A stretch of DNA of 64,000 nt, taken from contig OZ320317.1 of NCBI GenBank assembly GCA_976226885.1, positions 82,026,001 through 82,090,000 on the forward strand, given 5' to 3'. Shown piece by piece: positions 63,601 through 64,000 of the stretch. The notes under the pieces were generated by a model. That model made no database searches, was not told the origin of the DNA, and was given only the letters and a program-made list of their open reading frames with translations. Source of the stretch: Iphione sp. A-MEVVRFRX5 (taxonomy: Eukaryota). The number at the start of each line of letters is the position of its first letter. The stretch's first letter is position 1. The translations under genes were made by a program, and so were the position numbers.

Positions 63601-64000
63601 TTCAAAGTGAATCTTTCCTACTGATCTCCCCCGGCGGCGGCAGCGGAATCCGATAATTTTTTTCCTGTCGAGCCCCCCTCCTCCCACGGGGCTCGTTCGC
63701 AATAAATGCAATCAAAATGTCAGTGGACGGAATGTAAGGCAGCCTCGTCGTGGCGGGACTTAGCTCCACATGTTCGCCTAACAGGCATGCTGAAGGTGGT
63801 AGGGGAGTTGGGCTACTTAGTCAAGGCGCTTCGTCTCTGAAGAGCTAGTTCCGAGTGGTTGGACCGCCTTGCCATTAACCCTCCATGAAGGAGGCCTGCA
63901 CCCCCGAACAGGACGACGAGGACGAGGACGATCACTACGACGACTCGCGGCAAGCAATCAGTCTAATGGTCACGGCTATCGGAGTTCGTGGATAAGACAA

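Overview
Eukaryotic (animal) genomic DNA with four short N gaps. The intron-rich structure, repeat content and protein divergence suggest an invertebrate deuterostome such as amphioxus (inference). The window is dominated by one minus-strand gene, a K-Cl cotransporter (KCC, SLC12A4/5/6/7 family). I traced 23 coding exons from 60440 down to the TAG at 10305-10307; all splice phases are consistent (about 3.2 kb CDS, about 1070 aa). The 3' end of one exon falls in an N gap, and exon 1 was not found. Main result: four of the 22 introns are GT-AG U12 (minor spliceosome) introns, each with a GTATCCTT donor and a CCTTRAC-like branch point 9-11 nt before the acceptor. Two of them flank a single 90-nt exon and one is the last intron. 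A 65-bp minisatellite is built from tandem copies of a splice-acceptor region, and only the exon-proximal copy keeps the AG. The introns also carry PIF/Harbinger-type (TTA TSD) and Tc1/mariner-type (TA TSD) MITEs, other minisatellites and microsatellites. No prokaryote-type system, CRISPR array, rRNA or tRNA gene was seen. Apart from those overlapping KCC exons, the ORF-track entries appear to be chance or repeat-derived frames.
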